Part shown: piece by piece, positions 49,709-53,051 of the stretch
How the letters are laid out: each line of letters begins with the position of its first letter
Numbering within the stretch: the first letter of the stretch is position 1
Source: Polymorphobacter sp.
Lineage (GTDB): Bacteria; Pseudomonadota; Alphaproteobacteria; Sphingomonadales; Sphingomonadaceae
Assembly: GCA_043754785.1 (NCBI GenBank)
Contig: JAYUUE010000090.1
Location: forward strand, 1 to 53,051
Direction of reading: 5' to 3'
DNA: 53,051 bases
Made by a program: the position numbers and the translations under genes
Notes under the pieces: model-generated
The model's input: the letters and a program-made list of their open reading frames with translations, nothing else
The model's database searches: none
What the model was told of the DNA's origin: nothing

Positions 49709-51649
49709 CTAAAGATCGATCGTCAAGTAACCCTGCAGCAAACGGCTAGCAATCGGCCCATACGCGCCGGCGCCTCGCAGATCATAACCTTGCCCATCGA
49801 ACAAATTGGTTACCTGCACGCGCAAGGTCGCGGCGTTGTCGGCAAGCCTGAAGCGATAGCGGCCGCCGATATCGACCTGTGCCCGCGCCGGAATCGCCAC
49901 CTTGTTGCTGACGGTTGCGGTTTCGGCGCTGCGCCAGGCCAGCTTGGTGTCGAACGACACAGCCGGTGCAAACCCCGGCCGCCAGTCGGCGCTGATCTCG
50001 ACACGCCGCGCGATGGCGCCGACGGGACGCGGGCCGACACGGCCCTGGTCGACGGCCGCGCCGGTCACTTTGGGCCATGAAAGCACGACACCGGCGACCA
50101 CGCTCAGCGTGTCGGTGACGGGTCCGGCCGCAGAAGCTTCAACGCCGCGGTTGACGACCTCGCCGAGTTGGCCAAAGCGGTTGCTGGCGTCAAGGTTGAA
50201 GTAGGGCTTGCTGATGTCGAACACCCCGGCGATGAGTTTGATCGCGTCGGTAACGGCATAGCGCAGGCCTGCATCGAACTGGCGGGTCCGGATAGCGGGC
50301 AACGCCTCGTTGCGGTTGGCAGCGTTGCCCGGCGCGATGCCGCTTTCTTCCAGGCCCGTCACGGCGCCGGCATAGGCGATCAAGTGCGGCGCGACATTGC
50401 CGGCAATGGTGATGTTATACAGCAGCGGCCGCGCATCGATGGCTTGCTGGCCGCCCGTCGGCAGGTCAATGCGCTTTTGATAGGTGCTGTATTGCAGCCC
50501 AGCGGATAGCTGGCCGACATCCGGCCAGCGGCCCTCATAGGCCAGGCCGCCAGTCCATTGGCGCACTTTGTCGCGCTGCTGGGCCCCGAAATGCGGGGTG
50601 ATCTGGACTGCGGTGGAGGGCGTGCTCATCTGCACCGGACCCAGGTCAATCGTGTCCGACCCGCCAAAGCGCCGGTCGCTCGATCGGCCGCGCAGCGCCA
50701 TATGGATCGCGTGATGGCGTGGGCCATCGTCGATGCTGCGCGTCAGCCGCAGTTCGCCGCTGATCGAAGCCGCCGCCAGTTGCGGATCGGCGAGCAGCCG
50801 CTGGCGGCCACTGCCATCGGGGCGCAACTCGCGAATCAAATTGGTATATTGATCATCGACAGTCCGCGACGATCGGAACAGCCCGGCGCGCACCAGCCAG
50901 CCGGGCGCCGCCTGCCAATCCCCTAGAAAGCCGATGTTGGCTTCGGTGTTAGTGCCATGGACCCAGGCCGGTCCAAAGCGCTGCCGGCGTGGCAGGAGCG
51001 GCGGCAGCATTTCGCTGGCGGTCAGAAATGTAACGCGGTGATCGTCATAAAGGGTGTGCGCGACGTGCGCGAAGGGCGTCAACGACAGGCCGGGCGCCGG
51101 GCTCCAGCGCAGGATGGCCGCGCCGCCGATCCGGTCTTCGAGAGTGCCGTCGAAGCCGTTTTCGTGGCGTCCGCCGGCGCCGAGGCCGAGGCTGAGCGCG
51201 GCGGCGATCGGCACCACGGCGTCGACTTCGCCGCCGACCGTGCCCCAGCCGTCGATAGCAAGCTGGACGCTCGCCGCCGCTGAATCGCCCGGGCGGCGAA
51301 AGGTGAAATCGACGATGCCGGTGGGAGCGGGGAACGGCGTCCCCAGCGCGCTTAGGCCGACGCGGATCGTCGTCGAACGGCTGATGCGGGTGCCTGGGAC
51401 CATGACAGGATCGAAATACAGCCCGTCGATCCGGACGCTGCCGGCAACGATCGGCGAAAAGCCGCGCACCTGACCCTGGTTGTAAAGCCCGATGACTTCG
51501 CGGCCGATGCTGGTCCCAAAGGCATCGCCGGCCTGGCGAACAGCGTTCTCATCGGCGCGGCTGCCGACAAGCGGCGCTGGCACCCCTTGCGCCAACAGCG
51601 GCGCCGACGACGCCAGACTCCATAAAAGCGCGGCCCCCCGGTTCTGCAT
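49709..51649 (-). CDS. Compact TonB-dependent receptor (about 646 aa)
   Basis: Signal peptide, plug motif VRGFSP...VRIDGLYF, alternating beta-strand pattern and LRVQVTNLFD near the C-terminus. Confidence 0.85.
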   Translation of the reverse strand: MQNRGAALLWSLASSAPLLAQGVPAPLVGSRADENAVRQAGDAFGTSIGREVIGLYNQGQVRGFSPIVAGSVRIDGLYFDPVMVPGTRISRSTTIRVGLSALGTPFPAPTGIVDFTFRRPGDSAAASVQLAIDGWGTVGGEVDAVVPIAAALSLGLGAGGRHENGFDGTLEDRIGGAAILRWSPAPGLSLTPFAHVAHTLYDDHRVTFLTASEMLPPLLPRRQRFGPAWVHGTNTEANIGFLGDWQAAPGWLVRAGLFRSSRTVDDQYTNLIRELRPDGSGRQRLLADPQLAAASISGELRLTRSIDDGPRHHAIHMALRGRSSDRRFGGSDTIDLGPVQMSTPSTAVQITPHFGAQQRDKVRQWTGGLAYEGRWPDVGQLSAGLQYSTYQKRIDLPTGGQQAIDARPLLYNITIAGNVAPHLIAYAGAVTGLEESGIAPGNAANRNEALPAIRTRQFDAGLRYAVTDAIKLIAGVFDISKPYFNLDASNRFGQLGEVVNRGVEASAAGPVTDTLSVVAGVVLSWPKVTGAAVDQGRVGPRPVGAIARRVEISADWRPGFAPAVSFDTKLAWRSAETATVSNKVAIPARAQVDIGGRYRFRLADNAATLRVQVTNLFDGQGYDLRGAGAYGPIASRLLQGYLTIDL

Positions 51650-51659
51650 CAATTGGCCA

Positions 51660-53051
51660 TCAGTAGCGGTAATGATCCGGCTTGAACGGGCCATCGGTCG
51701 ACACGCCGATATAGCCAGCCTGCTTTTCGCTCAGCTTGGTCAGCTTCACGCCGAGTTTTTCCAGGTGGAGCATCGCAACCTTTTCATCGAGGTGCTTGGG
51801 CAGCACATAGACCTGGTTCTGATACTGGTCCGGATTGGTGAACAACTCGATCTGCGCCAGTACCTGGTTGGTGAAGCTGGCTGACATGACGAACGACTGG
51901 TGGCCGGTGGCACAGCCCAGGTTCACCAGCCGCCCCTTGGCGAGGATGATGATCTGGTTGCCTTCTGGAAACTCGACGATGTCGGTGCCGGGCTTTACTT
52001 CGGTCCATTTGTAGTTCGACAGCGCGGCGATCTGGATTTCGCTGTCGAAATGACCGATGTTGCAGACGATGGCGTTGGGCTTCATCGCCATCATGTGTTC
52101 GGCAGTGATGACATCAGCGTTGCCGGTGGCGGTGCAGAAAATGTCGGCGCGCTTGACGGCGTCTTCCATGGTGACGACTTCAAAGCCTTCCATCGCCGCC
52201 TGCAGCGCGCAGATCGGATCGATTTCGGTGATCATCACCCGTGCGCCGCCATTGCGCAGCGATTGCGCCGAACCCTTTCCGACATCGCCGAAGCCGGCGA
52301 CGCAAGCAACCTTGCCCGCAAGCATGACGTCCGTCGCACGGCGGATGGCGTCGACAAGCGATTCCTTGCAGCCGTAAAGATTGTCGAACTTGGATTTCGT
52401 GACGCTGTCGTTGACGTTGATCGCCGGGAACGGCAGCTCGCCCTTTTTGGCGATTTCGTAAAGGCGGTGGACGCAGGTGGTGGTTTCTTCGGAAACACCC
52501 TTCAGGTTCTTGACGGTTTCGGTCAGGTAACCGGGGCGGGCCTTGACGAACGCCTTCAACGCCCGCTGGAACTCCACCTCCTCCTCATTTTCCGGCTCCC
52601 CGAGCGCCGCGCCAGCTTCCAGCTTGGCGCCCCACAGCGCGAACATCGTCGCGTCGCCGCCATCATCGAGGATGATATTCGAAGTCACATCGCCCCAATC
52701 GAAGATGCGGCCGACATAATCCCAATAGTCGGCGAGGCTCTCGCCTTTTATGGCGAACACCGGCACGCCGGCGGCAGCGATGGCGGCCGCAGCGTGGTCC
52801 TGCGTCGAAAAAATGTTGCACGTCGCCCAGCGTACGTCGGCGCCGAGCGCGGTCAACGTTTCGATCAGCACTGCGGTCTGGATGGTCATGTGCAGCGAGC
52901 CGGTAATGCGCGCACCCTTCAGCGGCTGCGCCGCACCGAATTCGCTCCGCAAAGCCATCAGGCCCGGCATTTCGGTTTCGGCGATCTGGATTTCGCGGCG
53001 GCCGAAGCCGGCCAAGCCGATATCGGCAATCACATAATCGGTCAGCGCGCT
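51660..53051 (-). CDS. ahcY: Adenosylhomocysteinase (first few codons outside the window)
   Basis: [47 protein letters not shown] and [10 protein letters not shown]. Confidence 0.98.
   Translation of the reverse strand, partial: SALTDYVIADIGLAGFGRREIQIAETEMPGLMALRSEFGAAQPLKGARITGSLHMTIQTAVLIETLTALGADVRWATCNIFSTQDHAAAAIAAAGVPVFAIKGESLADYWDYVGRIFDWGDVTSNIILDDGGDATMFALWGAKLEAGAALGEPENEEEVEFQRALKAFVKARPGYLTETVKNLKGVSEETTTCVHRLYEIAKKGELPFPAINVNDSVTKSKFDNLYGCKESLVDAIRRATDVMLAGKVACVAGFGDVGKGSAQSLRNGGARVMITEIDPICALQAAMEGFEVVTMEDAVKRADIFCTATGNADVITAEHMMAMKPNAIVCNIGHFDSEIQIAALSNYKWTEVKPGTDIVEFPEGNQIIILAKGRLVNLGCATGHQSFVMSASFTNQVLAQIELFTNPDQYQNQVYVLPKHLDEKVAMLHLEKLGVKLTKLSEKQAGYIGVSTDGPFKPDHYRY

Overview
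GC-rich alphaproteobacterial chromosome segment. Gene content and protein style resemble Sphingomonadales, which is an inference. Most of the window is core housekeeping: aroC, fabI, a DnaJ-class chaperone, tRNA-Arg(CCT), grxC, comF, ampG, dapE, rpmH-rnpA-yidD-yidC-yihA, argJ, and ahcY...tsaE-amgK-murU-addB-addA-trxA. Small accessory patches lie between these: a Tat-exported double-SnoaL protein at the left edge, TonB-dependent receptor (TBDR) cassettes, an orphan Rieske oxygenase and a telA pair. I see no CRISPR array, integrase, transposase, prophage or recognisable defence system. I cannot support a complete novel system from sequence alone. The best leads are: (i) a Cys/Gly-rich coding remnant built on a 9-bp tandem repeat, with its own terminator (3.1-3.7 kb); (ii) an in-frame TGA exactly at a CxxC cysteine of comF; (iii) a deletion junction joining a TBDR N-terminus to an M20 amidohydrolase; (iv) a TBDR plus secreted amidohydrolase wired into the ahcY-tsaE operon; (v) several lesions, four of them G:C>T:A, including two in near-invariant AhcY motifs, which point to genome erosion or sequencing artefact. 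Family assignments come from motif recognition by eye, not from database searches.
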